In this document: one piece after another, positions 1 to 9,352 of the stretch
Position numbering within the stretch: the stretch's first letter is position 1
How the letters are laid out: every line of letters starts with the position of its first letter
NCBI GenBank assembly: GCA_964651735.1
Contig: CAZYYU010000006.1
Location: forward strand, 31,945 to 95,944
Direction of reading: 5' to 3'
Length of the DNA: 64,000 nucleotides
Source: an uncultured Gammaproteobacteria bacterium
GTDB taxonomy: Bacteria > Pseudomonadota > Gammaproteobacteria > CAZYYU01
Position numbers and translations under genes: made by a program
The notes under the pieces: model-generated
The model's input: only the letters and a program-made list of their open reading frames with translations
What the model was told of the DNA's origin: nothing
Database searches by the model: none

Positions 1-39
1 CGTTTAGAACGTGGCAATTTAGATTCAGCAGATCCGGTT

Positions 40-1431
40 GTGTATCATTACGAGAATATGAAAGAAAACCGAGAGTTATTGGGCCATTTTTTAAGCTGGA
101 CGGATAAAAAATTTAATTATGATGGAATACCATTTGTAAAAGTACATAAATCGCACAATACAACCCAAGGCGACTTTTGTGAAGAGAAAAAAGATGAATC
201 TAATGGAAAATACTCCGTTCGTTATGTTTCCAAAAGGGGTCATGGGTCTTCGGCGGAAGTAACCATATATGTGGAGAAACGATGCCTGTCAGACAATAAA
301 CAACGTATTGCTGCTATTGATAGAGATATTGTAGAAAAAGATTCATCAAAATCGCAACTACAACGTGATAAGTTTATTGCCATAAAAGAAGCCGAAAGTT
401 TTCAGGTGGGTATCAATCTTATTCTCGCAGGAAATGCTGCGAAAAAAGAGGATTTTGATAGGGAAATTTCCAATATTAAATCTAGTATTCGCCGCTTAGA
501 AAGTGACATTATAGAAAGTGAGGAAGAACTAAATACTCTACGAGTAATTCTGAAAAATTTAATCACTGAATTTAAGGGAATTGAGAATGTTTTAGGTTTT
601 GTTTATGATTTTGTCAATGTCGTTTCGTATGATTCTGCTCTAATCAACGAATTTATTAAGCAATATACAAAATATATTAGTAATAGAAAGATCCCAAAAC
701 CTAGTCAATCTGTCGAATTTGATGTGCTTGTCAATAGTAATATGAGTGAGGAAAGATTAGTATCGAAAGATAAAGAAACTCAGGAAGATGTATTCGTACG
801 AAGTACAGTTCTTGAAAGTGAATATGTACCATTAAATGATCACTTAAATTCGGAGATCGAACCACCTGAAGAATTGTGTTGTTCGATAAGTACAATGCTC
901 TTAGTAGACCCGGTGGTTGCTACACACTGTGGTCATTCATTTGAACGAAAAGATCTTTCAAGTTATTTTCAACTCCAAGATTCTTTTGTGGTAGATTGTC
1001 CTGAGTGTCGTCATCCGATTAGAGAGAACGAATTGGTCACGAACTATAAACTTATAGATGTGATACGATGGTGGAAAAAGGAAAATCAAGTTACACTTAA
1101 TTTTAACAATGATACACCCATTCCTAAATCAGATAAAGAATTAGAAGAGCTCGATATAATAATTTCTGAATGTGATATTGAGTTGGGATCTCTCAAGCTC
1201 AAAGTGGAACAGTTAGAACGTGCTCAATCTATACGTCGAAGCTGCTTAAATGAAGGAAAAATTCTCTTAAAAAGAATCCATGAAGATGAAGACGAAGACG
1301 AAGAAAAGAAAAGCAATTCTCAAGATATCTCAGCAGGCTTGATCAGTATAGTCGGTCAACGATCTGGTAGTCCACTACATGAGAGAGAAAAAGATGATCT
1401 GCATTCTAATGGACCAGAACTTAAGAAATAG
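40..1431 (+). CDS. U-box domain, coiled-coil protein (eukaryotic-like E3 ubiquitin ligase candidate; effector-like)
   Basis: 463-aa ORF. Residues ~275-346 read PPEELCCSISTMLLVDPVVATHCGHSFERKDLSSYF..CPECRHPIRENELVTNYKLIDVIRWW, which fits the U-box pattern. Acidic EDEDEDEE block near the C-terminus. The frame is open back to nt 1, so the true start may be upstream of the window or at ATG 58. Confidence 0.8.
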   Translation: MYHYENMKENRELLGHFLSWTDKKFNYDGIPFVKVHKSHNTTQGDFCEEKKDESNGKYSVRYVSKRGHGSSAEVTIYVEKRCLSDNKQRIAAIDRDIVEKDSSKSQLQRDKFIAIKEAESFQVGINLILAGNAAKKEDFDREISNIKSSIRRLESDIIESEEELNTLRVILKNLITEFKGIENVLGFVYDFVNVVSYDSALINEFIKQYTKYISNRKIPKPSQSVEFDVLVNSNMSEERLVSKDKETQEDVFVRSTVLESEYVPLNDHLNSEIEPPEELCCSISTMLLVDPVVATHCGHSFERKDLSSYFQLQDSFVVDCPECRHPIRENELVTNYKLIDVIRWWKKENQVTLNFNNDTPIPKSDKELEELDIIISECDIELGSLKLKVEQLERAQSIRRSCLNEGKILLKRIHEDEDEDEEKKSNSQDISAGLISIVGQRSGSPLHEREKDDLHSNGPELKK

Positions 1432-1446
1432 TTTAGTCTAGCTTAA

Positions 1447-1476
1447 AAAGCCCTTATTATTAAGGGCTTTTTATTT
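1447..1476 (+). terminator. Rho-independent terminator hairpin after the U-box gene
   Basis: aaaaagccctta-ttat-taagggcttttta: near-perfect stem followed by a T-run, about 15 nt after the stop codon. Confidence 0.7.
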
Positions 1477-1508
1477 GTATGAAACAACTACTGATATATC
1501 TTGATGAG

Positions 1509-1535
1509 ATGACAGAAATGTCATAATAATGTCAT
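1509..1535 (+). promoter_or_regulatory. Operator-like half-site cluster ATGACA-N4-TGTCAT-N5-TGTCAT
   Basis: atgacagaaatgtcataataatgtcat lies 58-84 nt upstream of the ATG at 1593. It is a perfect 6-4-6 inverted repeat plus a third half-site 11 bp further on. Confidence 0.25.
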
Positions 1536-1592
1536 CCCAAAATCATATTTTAATGTTACTATACAACTTCTTTTGTTAAAGGGAGAAGTGGA

Positions 1593-3293
1593 ATGAGTGG
1601 AACAGAACGACGTGAAGTTCCTAATGTTAACAACCTCACTGCAGCTGATTTACAACAGTTTACAACATCAGTGTTACAAGGAGGGCTACTAGATACAGAT
1701 TTAATTGCCTTTCTGCAAAACGCAGATACCAATTGTCGTAATGATCATAAAATGTTTATATTCATTCTTTATGAATCTATTCGAATAACACTGAATATTG
1801 AATCCCAAGGAATTTTCAATAAGCGATATGGATATGTACACGAATTTTATGAGCAGAGTTGGCTGTTTTGTAATAATCCGAATTATCAGATTGGAAATTT
1901 GGCAAATGTAATTCCAAAGCTAACACAAGCTTTCAATTTAATGCTAATTAATTCAAAGATACGTATTACATTAGATAGCAGTGTTGTATATTTTTGTGTT
2001 AGTTCAACAATGCTTGAAATATCAATTAAAGAGATTGAAAAAGATATCACAGAAGTAAATTGTGAGTCTGCCGAATTAGAGAGCCATGTTGACTATTTGT
2101 TTAAGTTTTATTTAACTTGGATATCAAATAAAATATCTGGTGAATATTTAAAGGATTATTTTGAAATAATTCAAGACAAAAATATTGATTTAATTGTGAG
2201 GATGTTGAAAGTCTTCTCTTCTATACTTGTTTCAAAATATGGCATAAATAAATATAAGGAGTATATAGATTTTTTTGAGTCACAAGATAGAAAGAGAGAA
2301 AATTTATTGAAATATTCAAAAAAACCTATTATGGGGGATGCAATTCTAATCCATTGGTATCCATATGGTGCTGATCAAACAGGCCATGTTGGTTTATTAA
2401 TATTGCCTGATGGGCTAAAAGTAGAACCTTCATCATGTCTTGATTTTCTAGCCAGTCCAGCCGTAGAGAATGCGATGTATCGAGGATTAGTTCCTATTTT
2501 TGATGATTCAACGGAAAAAAAACAAGATGTCAAATTAGTTCTAAAAAATGCTCAAGAAGGATCTGTCAAGGGGAGATTTGTAACAACTTTCGAAGAAGAT
2601 ATGAAGCTTCATTTCATTAATGAAAAGGATTTTTCGAAAGATGAATTGAAAAAAAAATTGAATGAAAGAATAGAAGCGGTGTTAATAAAGGACCTTAATG
2701 TAGCTTATATGAGAGCTGTTTACGAATTTAAGTATGAGTTTTTATTGATGATAGATGCATTAAATTGGACCTTACCCGGCCGAGGATACAAAGAGCGACA
2801 TCACAATTGCTGTACATTTGTGCTATCGATGATATTTGAGGGAAAAATTGGTTATCTGGATTTGTACGACCAACTTCCCTTTCGTGAGACAGAATGGAAT
2901 AAACTGATTGATTACATGAATTATCCCGGCGGTCATTCAATGCTGTATGAAGTATTATGGTATTTTTTACCGGCACTAATAGAATGCTGGCGACCTGATA
3001 AGTTGATTTGTAAAATGTTTGAATTAGCTGAAAAAAATAGAGTGACTACCACTCCAAAAAATACTACGGAATTAGTTAAAGTTCTTAGTATGAGTGAACC
3101 CGACACATCACAACCACGCCCTCCTACTGAACTAGAGCTGTTTGAAAATTCATGGCGAGGACGTCTATTTCCTAATCAAAAAGCAAAAACTCCTGGTTTA
3201 AATTGGCTGATCAAATCACATAAAGCACTATTTTCAGAGTTCCCACATTTAAAAGAGGAGTTGGAAACTAATGCAGCCAAAGATCATAATTAA
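1593..3293 (+). CDS. Hypothetical protein with a possible LRAT/H-rev107-like permuted NlpC/P60 (His..Cys) domain
   Basis: 566-aa ORF with SD gggaga 6-8 nt upstream. GDAILIHWYPYGADQTGHVGLLILPDGLKVEPSS (aa 248-281) and HHNCCTFV (aa 403-410) resemble the LRAT-family His box and NCEHFV Cys box. Confidence 0.6.
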   Translation: MSGTERREVPNVNNLTAADLQQFTTSVLQGGLLDTDLIAFLQNADTNCRNDHKMFIFILYESIRITLNIESQGIFNKRYGYVHEFYEQSWLFCNNPNYQIGNLANVIPKLTQAFNLMLINSKIRITLDSSVVYFCVSSTMLEISIKEIEKDITEVNCESAELESHVDYLFKFYLTWISNKISGEYLKDYFEIIQDKNIDLIVRMLKVFSSILVSKYGINKYKEYIDFFESQDRKRENLLKYSKKPIMGDAILIHWYPYGADQTGHVGLLILPDGLKVEPSSCLDFLASPAVENAMYRGLVPIFDDSTEKKQDVKLVLKNAQEGSVKGRFVTTFEEDMKLHFINEKDFSKDELKKKLNERIEAVLIKDLNVAYMRAVYEFKYEFLLMIDALNWTLPGRGYKERHHNCCTFVLSMIFEGKIGYLDLYDQLPFRETEWNKLIDYMNYPGGHSMLYEVLWYFLPALIECWRPDKLICKMFELAEKNRVTTTPKNTTELVKVLSMSEPDTSQPRPPTELELFENSWRGRLFPNQKAKTPGLNWLIKSHKALFSEFPHLKEELETNAAKDHN

Positions 3294-3311
3294 GACAGCA
3301 GGGTCAGGGAT

Positions 3312-3505
3312 GGGGGTCAAACCGAGCCTCTTAAAAATAATCTCAATCAAATCAACCAGTTAAAAGGTTCATCTTGCCGTCTTCAACAAGGCTTCTTGCA
3401 TTGCTAGGGATGAAATAAAAACTTGCGCGGTTTGACACCGCAAGGTGAAAAGGCTAATTACTTGAAATAACGAGAGTTTTTTTAAACAGGCTCGGTTTGA
3501 CCCCC
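3312..3505 (+). mobile_element. MITE-like nested-palindrome element, copy 1 (shorter, inner repeat degenerate)
   Basis: Termini gggggtcaaaccgagcctctt ... caggctcggtttgaccccc form an inverted repeat. An inner pair is built around gtcttcaacaaggcttctt / gcggtttgacaccgc. Same family as the copies at 39283, 40358 and 43005. Confidence 0.75.
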
Positions 3506-3536
3506 TCCTGTACTAGCGGGTTTGGGGGAAATTGGG

Positions 3537-3542
3537 TATAAT
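3537..3542 (+). promoter_or_regulatory. Candidate -10 hexamer (TATAAT) for tRNA-Leu/tig transcription
   Basis: Perfect tataat lies 10 nt upstream of the mature tRNA 5' end. No convincing -35 is seen; the MITE end lies about 31 nt upstream. Confidence 0.35.
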
Positions 3543-3552
3543 CGCTCGTTTT

Positions 3553-3634
3553 GCGAGAGTGGCGAAACTGGTAGACGCGCTGGATTTAGGTTCCAGTGGG
3601 GTAACCTGTGAGAGTTCGAGTCTCTCCTCTCGCA
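3553..3634 (+). tRNA. tRNA-Leu (anticodon UAG), long variable arm, CCA not encoded
   Basis: Acceptor stem GCGAGAG/CTCTCGC. Anticodon stem-loop CTGGA-TTTAGGT-TCCAG. T-arm GAGAG-TTCGAGT-CTCTC. Discriminator A. Confidence 0.95.
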
Positions 3635-3663
3635 CTCTAATAAACTGTGGTGAGGTTATATCG

Positions 3664-4956
3664 ATGGTAAATGCTAGCTTAATTAAAGAATTAGGTGGAT
3701 TGAAACGTGAATTAAGTATCACGGTTCCAGGTGATCGTTTGGAAAACCAAATTTCTAAAAACTTACAACAACTTTCCCAGAAAGTGCAAATCAAAGGATT
3801 TAGACCTGGTAAAATTCCCATGGCTGAAATGAAGCGTCGATACGGTGAAGAGATCCGTCAGCGTGAACTTATCGAGATTCTCAGTGAGCATTTTGATAGC
3901 AAAGTGAAGGATGCGGGTGTGGTCCCTGCAGGTGCTCCCGATATTTCTCCTAAGATTCACGAAGCTAATCCATCTTTAGAATATACATTTACCTTTGAAA
4001 TCTATCCTTCAATTAATTTAAAGTCCTTGAAGGGTGTAAAAATCGAGAAATTGACCTCAGAATTGTCTGATGAGGATCTCAATGAAGTGCTGGAAGGGCT
4101 TCGTAAGCAGCATAAGACCTGGCAGGAAGTGGATAGAAAATCCAAAAAGGGCGATCAAGTCTTAATGGATTTTGATGGTACTATCGATGGTGTACCACTG
4201 CCTGGCGGAAGTGCCAAAGATTTTGCGCTTGAACTCGGCAGTCAATCCATGATTCCTGGCTTTGAAGAAGGTATCATCGGAATGAAGCCTCAAGAAGAAG
4301 GTGAGCTTAATTTGAAGTTCCCCAAAGATTACCATCATAAAGATATCGCTGGAAAAGCTGTGGTATTTAAAATTAAAATCAATAAAGTTCAAGAAGGCCA
4401 ATTACCTGAATTAAATGATGAATTTGCCAAAAAATTAGATGTTGAAGAGGGGCTTGAAGCACTTAAAAATCAAATCAAGGCTCGGCTCGATGATGAAATT
4501 AAGCTCAGAACACAGCGCCAGCTGGCTAAAGAAGTTCAAGAGCAGTTACTCAAAGTGAATGAGTTTGAAGTGCCCAATGCTTTGATCGAACAAGAAATTG
4601 AGCGCCTACATAAACTGGCTCACGAAAGACCCGGTATTGTGGGGCATGATCATGAATCTCATGAAGAATTTGAAGCAATTGCTAGAAAGAACGTATCTAC
4701 AGGCCTACTTTTCCTCAAAGTTGCTGAAGAATTCAAGCTAGAACCCACACCTGAACGAATTGACGCTAAAATAGAAGAGCTGTCTAAACAATTCGATAAT
4801 CCTCAACAGATCAAATTGTATTATAAAGCGAATAAAGAATTAGCGAATAAATTACGTGCGGATGTGTTAGAAGATATGATTGTCGAGAAACTTTTAGAAG
4901 ATGCTGATATCAAAGTGAAATCGGTAAAATTTGATAAGTTTAAGGAGCTCGCATAA
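3664..4956 (+). CDS. tig: Trigger factor
   Basis: Start reset to ATG 3664 ([22 protein letters not shown]) because the track ORF start at 3532 overlaps tRNA-Leu. FKBP-type region GFRPGKIP, and gene order tig-clpP-clpX-lon. Confidence 0.93.
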   Translation: MVNASLIKELGGLKRELSITVPGDRLENQISKNLQQLSQKVQIKGFRPGKIPMAEMKRRYGEEIRQRELIEILSEHFDSKVKDAGVVPAGAPDISPKIHEANPSLEYTFTFEIYPSINLKSLKGVKIEKLTSELSDEDLNEVLEGLRKQHKTWQEVDRKSKKGDQVLMDFDGTIDGVPLPGGSAKDFALELGSQSMIPGFEEGIIGMKPQEEGELNLKFPKDYHHKDIAGKAVVFKIKINKVQEGQLPELNDEFAKKLDVEEGLEALKNQIKARLDDEIKLRTQRQLAKEVQEQLLKVNEFEVPNALIEQEIERLHKLAHERPGIVGHDHESHEEFEAIARKNVSTGLLFLKVAEEFKLEPTPERIDAKIEELSKQFDNPQQIKLYYKANKELANKLRADVLEDMIVEKLLEDADIKVKSVKFDKFKELA

Positions 4957-5576
4957 TGTATAATCAATTAGTGCCTATGGTCATTGAGACCAGCTCACGT
5001 GGTGAGAGGGCTTATGATATTTATTCTCGATTGCTAAAAGAACGTATTATTTTTCTCGTTGGTCAAGTTGAAGAGCATATGGCGAATTTAGTGATTGCTC
5101 AGCTTTTGTTTTTAGAATCTGAAAATCCTGAAAAACCCATCCATCTTTATATTAACTCTCCGGGTGGGGTAGTCACTGCTGGCATGGCTATTTATGATAC
5201 GATGCAATTTATTAAACCCGAAGTGACGACCCTTTGCTTAGGTCAAGCATGTAGTATTGGTGCAGTATTATTAGGTGCAGGTGCCAAAGGACAACGATTC
5301 TGTTTGCCCCATTCAACAGTGATGATTCATCAAGTAGCGGGTGGTTATCAGGGTCAAGGCACGGACATTCAAATTCATGCCAAAGAAACACAGCGGGTCA
5401 GTGACCAAATTAATACCATTATCGCAAGACATACTGGCAAAACTGCCCAAGTGGTTGAAAAAGACACTAATCGTGATCACTATATGTCTGCTGAGGAAGC
5501 TGTGACTTATGGTTTGGTGGATAAAATTATCGAATCTCGCATTTTATTGACAAAGCCTGAAGAAGAGATGGCATAA
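4956..5576 (+). CDS. clpP: ATP-dependent Clp protease proteolytic subunit
   Basis: [18 protein letters not shown] and [11 protein letters not shown] (active-site Ser context). TAATG overlap with the tig stop. Confidence 0.97.
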   Translation: MYNQLVPMVIETSSRGERAYDIYSRLLKERIIFLVGQVEEHMANLVIAQLLFLESENPEKPIHLYINSPGGVVTAGMAIYDTMQFIKPEVTTLCLGQACSIGAVLLGAGAKGQRFCLPHSTVMIHQVAGGYQGQGTDIQIHAKETQRVSDQINTIIARHTGKTAQVVEKDTNRDHYMSAEEAVTYGLVDKIIESRILLTKPEEEMA

Positions 5577-5589
5577 TTCTTAGCTATAA

Positions 5590-5617
5590 TTGAAATATAA
5601 GGGTACTGACCCCATCT
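5590..5617 (+). promoter_or_regulatory. Sigma-32 (RpoH)-type heat-shock promoter candidate upstream of clpX
   Basis: ttgaaa-N14-ccccatcta matches the E. coli sigma-32 consensus CTTGAA-N13-15-CCCCATNT. It sits in the clpP-clpX spacer, about 50 nt upstream of the clpX ATG. Confidence 0.55.
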
Positions 5618-5668
5618 ACAGATTGAGTGTTAGCGAAACATATTGGGTACAACTGGTGGAGTATATAA

Positions 5669-6919
5669 ATGGCTAAAATAACAACGATGACCTGTTCTTT
5701 TTGTGGCAAGAACCGTGATGAGGTCAAAAAACTCATTGCAGGACCCTCGGTTTATGTCTGTGATGAGTGTGTTGCACTCTGTAATGACATCATCAAAGAA
5801 GAAGAAGCCACCGCACCCGCTGCAAAAACGGATGAAAAATTACCAACTCCACAAAAGATTCATGCAGCCTTAAATGATTATGTGATCGGACAAGAGTATG
5901 CAAAAAAAGCACTTTCAGTGGCTGTTTATAATCACTATAAACGTTTATACACCAAAGCGAATGACGATGTTGAGCTGGGTAAAAGTAATATTTTGCTGAT
6001 CGGTCCCACAGGTTCAGGTAAAACTTTATTAGCTGAAACCTTGGCAAGAACCTTAAATGTTCCCTTTACGATGGCGGACGCTACCACCTTAACTGAAGCG
6101 GGGTATGTGGGCGAGGACGTAGAAAATATCATTCAAAAACTTTTACAGAAATGTGATTATAATGTTGAAAAAGCACAACAAGGTATTATCTACATCGATG
6201 AAATCGACAAAATTTCACGTAAATCTGAAGGGCCTTCACTGACCCGTGATGTGTCTGGTGAGGGAGTGCAGCAAGCATTACTTAAATTAATTGAAGGTAC
6301 ACAAGCGAGTATTCCTCCACAAGGTGGAAGAAAACATCCGAACCAAGAATTTTTACAAGTGGATACTCGAAATATTTTATTTATTTGCGGTGGTGCTTTT
6401 GATGGCTTGGATAAAGTGATTACCAATCGTACTCAAGAGAGCAGCATAGGATTTTCTGCTGACGTCAAAAGTAAAAATGATCGACGAAAAATCGGAGAAA
6501 TTTTACGCAACGTAGAACCCGAAGATTTAATTAAATTTGGAATGATCCCTGAATTTATTGGACGATTACCGGTTGTCGCTGTCCTAGATGAGTTGGATGA
6601 AAAAGCATTAGTACAGATTTTAACGGAACCCAAAAACGCATTAACCAAACAATATAGTAAATTATTTGCGATGGAAAATGTTGACCTTGAATTTCGCGAA
6701 AAGGCTTTACATTCCATCGCAAAAAAATCAATGGCAAGGAAATCAGGTGCACGTGGACTTCGGTCTATTTTAGAGCACGTACTGCTGGACACCATGTATG
6801 ATTTACCAGCATGTGAAGGTTTAAGTAAAGTTGTGGTTGATGAAAATGTTATTGAAGGTAAGAGCAAACCAATATTGATTTTTGAACAAGATGAAGCACA
6901 GGATGAAGCAGCTTCATAA
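5669..6919 (+). CDS. clpX: ATP-dependent Clp protease ATP-binding subunit ClpX
   Basis: N-terminal zinc finger CSFCGK..CDEC and Walker [12 protein letters not shown]. 416 aa. Confidence 0.97.
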   Translation: MAKITTMTCSFCGKNRDEVKKLIAGPSVYVCDECVALCNDIIKEEEATAPAAKTDEKLPTPQKIHAALNDYVIGQEYAKKALSVAVYNHYKRLYTKANDDVELGKSNILLIGPTGSGKTLLAETLARTLNVPFTMADATTLTEAGYVGEDVENIIQKLLQKCDYNVEKAQQGIIYIDEIDKISRKSEGPSLTRDVSGEGVQQALLKLIEGTQASIPPQGGRKHPNQEFLQVDTRNILFICGGAFDGLDKVITNRTQESSIGFSADVKSKNDRRKIGEILRNVEPEDLIKFGMIPEFIGRLPVVAVLDELDEKALVQILTEPKNALTKQYSKLFAMENVDLEFREKALHSIAKKSMARKSGARGLRSILEHVLLDTMYDLPACEGLSKVVVDENVIEGKSKPILIFEQDEAQDEAAS

Positions 6920-6934
6920 ACCCGAGGAGTTAAG

Positions 6935-9352
6935 ATGAGTGAATCATTGGAAAAGTTAACATTACCATTACTTCCCTTGAGAGATGTGGTTGTGTATCCG
7001 CATATGGTTATCCCGCTTTTTGTAGGACGTGCGAAGTCTATTAAGGCTTTAGAAAGAGCGATGGAAGCCGATAAACGCGTTTTTTTAGTTTCTCAAAGTG
7101 ATGCAGGTGTTAATGATCCTACTGCTAAAGATCTTCATACTGTTGGTACCTTATCAACCATCTTACAGCTTTTAAAACTTCCTGACCAAACGGTGAAAGT
7201 TTTGGTTGAAGGAAATCAGCGTGCCGTATTAAATAAATTTACAGATGATGAAAATGCTTACGTTGCAGAAATTACTTTGCTTCAAGATGTTATAGATCGT
7301 CAATCTGAACTTGATGTTACCATCAAGGCCTTACTAAAAGAATTTGAAAAATACGTTAAAGTAAATAAACGAATCCCTCCAGAAATTTTAAATTCACTGG
7401 CCTCAATCGATGATCCAGGTCGTTTAGCAGATACTATCGCAGCTCATGTACCTTTGGAATTAAAATTAAAACAAGAAATTTTAGAAGTGAGTAATGTCAC
7501 CAACCGAGTTGAAATGGTATTAACAAATCTTAAACACGAAATTGACAAGATGCATGTTGATAAACGTGTTCAAGAGCGCGTTGACGAAGCAATGAAAAAT
7601 GCACAACGCGAATATTATTTAAATATGAAGCTTAAAGCGATTCAAGAAGAGTTAGGTGATATTGGTGAAGGCGGTCTAACTGAATTAGAGCAACTTGAAA
7701 ACAAAATTAAAAAATCAGGAATGAGTAAAGAGGCAATGGTCAAAGCCAAAGCTGAGTTGGGTAAGCTAAAAATGATGCCTCCGATGTCGGCAGAAGCCAC
7801 AGTTTCTCGTAATTATTTAGATTGGTTGTTAGCTGTACCCTGGAAGAAAAAATCCAAAGTGAATAAAGACCTCACCAAAGCTGAGGGCGTTTTAGAACAC
7901 GACCATTATGGTTTGGAAAAAGTTAAAGAACGAATTATTGAATATTTAGCAGTACAACAACGCGCTAAAAAAGTAAAAGGACCTATTTTATGTTTAGTAG
8001 GACCACCCGGTGTGGGTAAAACCTCTTTAGGTGAATCCATTGCTCGCGCAACAGGTCGTACTTTTATTCGTATGTCTTTGGGTGGAATCCGAGATGAAGC
8101 AGAAATTCGAGGACATCGAAGAACTTATATTGGATCAATGCCTGGTAAAATATTGCAAAAAATGGCAAAAGGTGAAGTGAAAAATCCTTTATTTATGTTG
8201 GATGAAGTGGACAAGATGGCGATGGATTTTCGCGGTGATCCTGCCTCAGCATTATTAGAAGTTTTAGATCCTGAACAAAATCATGCGTTTAATGATCACT
8301 ACATGGAAGTGGATTACGATTTATCAGATGTCATGTTTGTGGCTACCTCTAATTCTATGAATATTCCAGCTCCCTTGCTAGATCGTATGGAAGTACTTCG
8401 TTTGCCTGGATATACCGAGCAAGAAAAATGCAGTATTGCTATGAAATATCTAGTACCTAAACAAATTAAGCAATCAGGTATGAGTGCTGATGAAATTGCT
8501 ATCGCAGAAAATTCCATTCGCGATATCATTCGTTATTACACACGTGAAGCAGGTGTGCGAAATCTAGAGCGTGAAATTGCAAAAATTTGTCGAAAAGTAG
8601 TTAAAGAAAAAACCATCAAACCGGATCAAAAGAAAGTACATATTAGCTCTAATAATCTTGAAAAATATCTTGGGGTTAAAAAATATCGTTATGGTTTAGC
8701 AGATGAGACTGATCAGGTTGGACAGGTCACTGGTTTGGCCTGGACCGAAGTGGGTGGAGAATTACTAAAGATTGAAGCTGTTGTGATGCCCGGTAAAGGT
8801 AAAATAACTACGACGGGAAGTTTAGGTGAGGTGATGCAAGAATCTATTCAAGCTGCCATGACTGTAGTTCGTACTCGATCTCGGGTTTTAGGTATACCCG
8901 ATGCCTTCTTTCCAAAACATGATGTGCATGTGCATGTTCCTGAGGGTGCAACCCCTAAAGACGGTCCTAGCGCAGGCATTGGAATGTGTATTGCATTAAT
9001 TTCAGCCATTACACAAACACCCATTCGTTGTGATGTAGCCATGACAGGTGAAATTACATTGCGAGGTGAGGTACTTCCTATTGGTGGTTTAAAAGAAAAA
9101 TTAATTGCTGCCTTAAGAGGGCAGGTAAAAACCGTAATTATTCCCGAAGATAATGCGCGTGAACTCAAGGAAATTCCTAAAAATATTACCTCTCACTTGG
9201 AAATTATACCAGTGAAATGGATGGATCAAGTCATGCAAGTTGCTTTAACATACATGCCTCAGCCTTTGGGTGCTCAGGAAGAAATGATTCCTGTGGTAAA
9301 ATCTAAAGCACGTATGAAAAAATCGAAATATAAACGGGATCAAGCACATTAA
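6935..9352 (+). CDS. lon: Lon protease
   Basis: Walker A GPPGVGKTS and catalytic Ser motif PKDGPSAG. 805 aa. Confidence 0.97.
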   Translation: MSESLEKLTLPLLPLRDVVVYPHMVIPLFVGRAKSIKALERAMEADKRVFLVSQSDAGVNDPTAKDLHTVGTLSTILQLLKLPDQTVKVLVEGNQRAVLNKFTDDENAYVAEITLLQDVIDRQSELDVTIKALLKEFEKYVKVNKRIPPEILNSLASIDDPGRLADTIAAHVPLELKLKQEILEVSNVTNRVEMVLTNLKHEIDKMHVDKRVQERVDEAMKNAQREYYLNMKLKAIQEELGDIGEGGLTELEQLENKIKKSGMSKEAMVKAKAELGKLKMMPPMSAEATVSRNYLDWLLAVPWKKKSKVNKDLTKAEGVLEHDHYGLEKVKERIIEYLAVQQRAKKVKGPILCLVGPPGVGKTSLGESIARATGRTFIRMSLGGIRDEAEIRGHRRTYIGSMPGKILQKMAKGEVKNPLFMLDEVDKMAMDFRGDPASALLEVLDPEQNHAFNDHYMEVDYDLSDVMFVATSNSMNIPAPLLDRMEVLRLPGYTEQEKCSIAMKYLVPKQIKQSGMSADEIAIAENSIRDIIRYYTREAGVRNLEREIAKICRKVVKEKTIKPDQKKVHISSNNLEKYLGVKKYRYGLADETDQVGQVTGLAWTEVGGELLKIEAVVMPGKGKITTTGSLGEVMQESIQAAMTVVRTRSRVLGIPDAFFPKHDVHVHVPEGATPKDGPSAGIGMCIALISAITQTPIRCDVAMTGEITLRGEVLPIGGLKEKLIAALRGQVKTVIIPEDNARELKEIPKNITSHLEIIPVKWMDQVMQVALTYMPQPLGAQEEMIPVVKSKARMKKSKYKRDQAH

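Noticed and set aside
3532-3663. 5' part of the track ORF 3532-4956 (MGIIARFARVAKLVDALDLGSSGV...)
   Set aside because: This segment is the translation of tRNA-Leu (3553-3634) and its flanks. Trigger factor starts at ATG 3664.
3513-3821. Minus-strand ORF of 102 aa
   Set aside because: It runs antisense to tRNA-Leu and the tig 5' end and has no SD. It is a shadow ORF.
5793-9168. Multiple 60-144-aa minus-strand ORFs inside clpX and lon
   Set aside because: All are antisense to strongly conserved genes with clear motifs. They are typical shadow ORFs.
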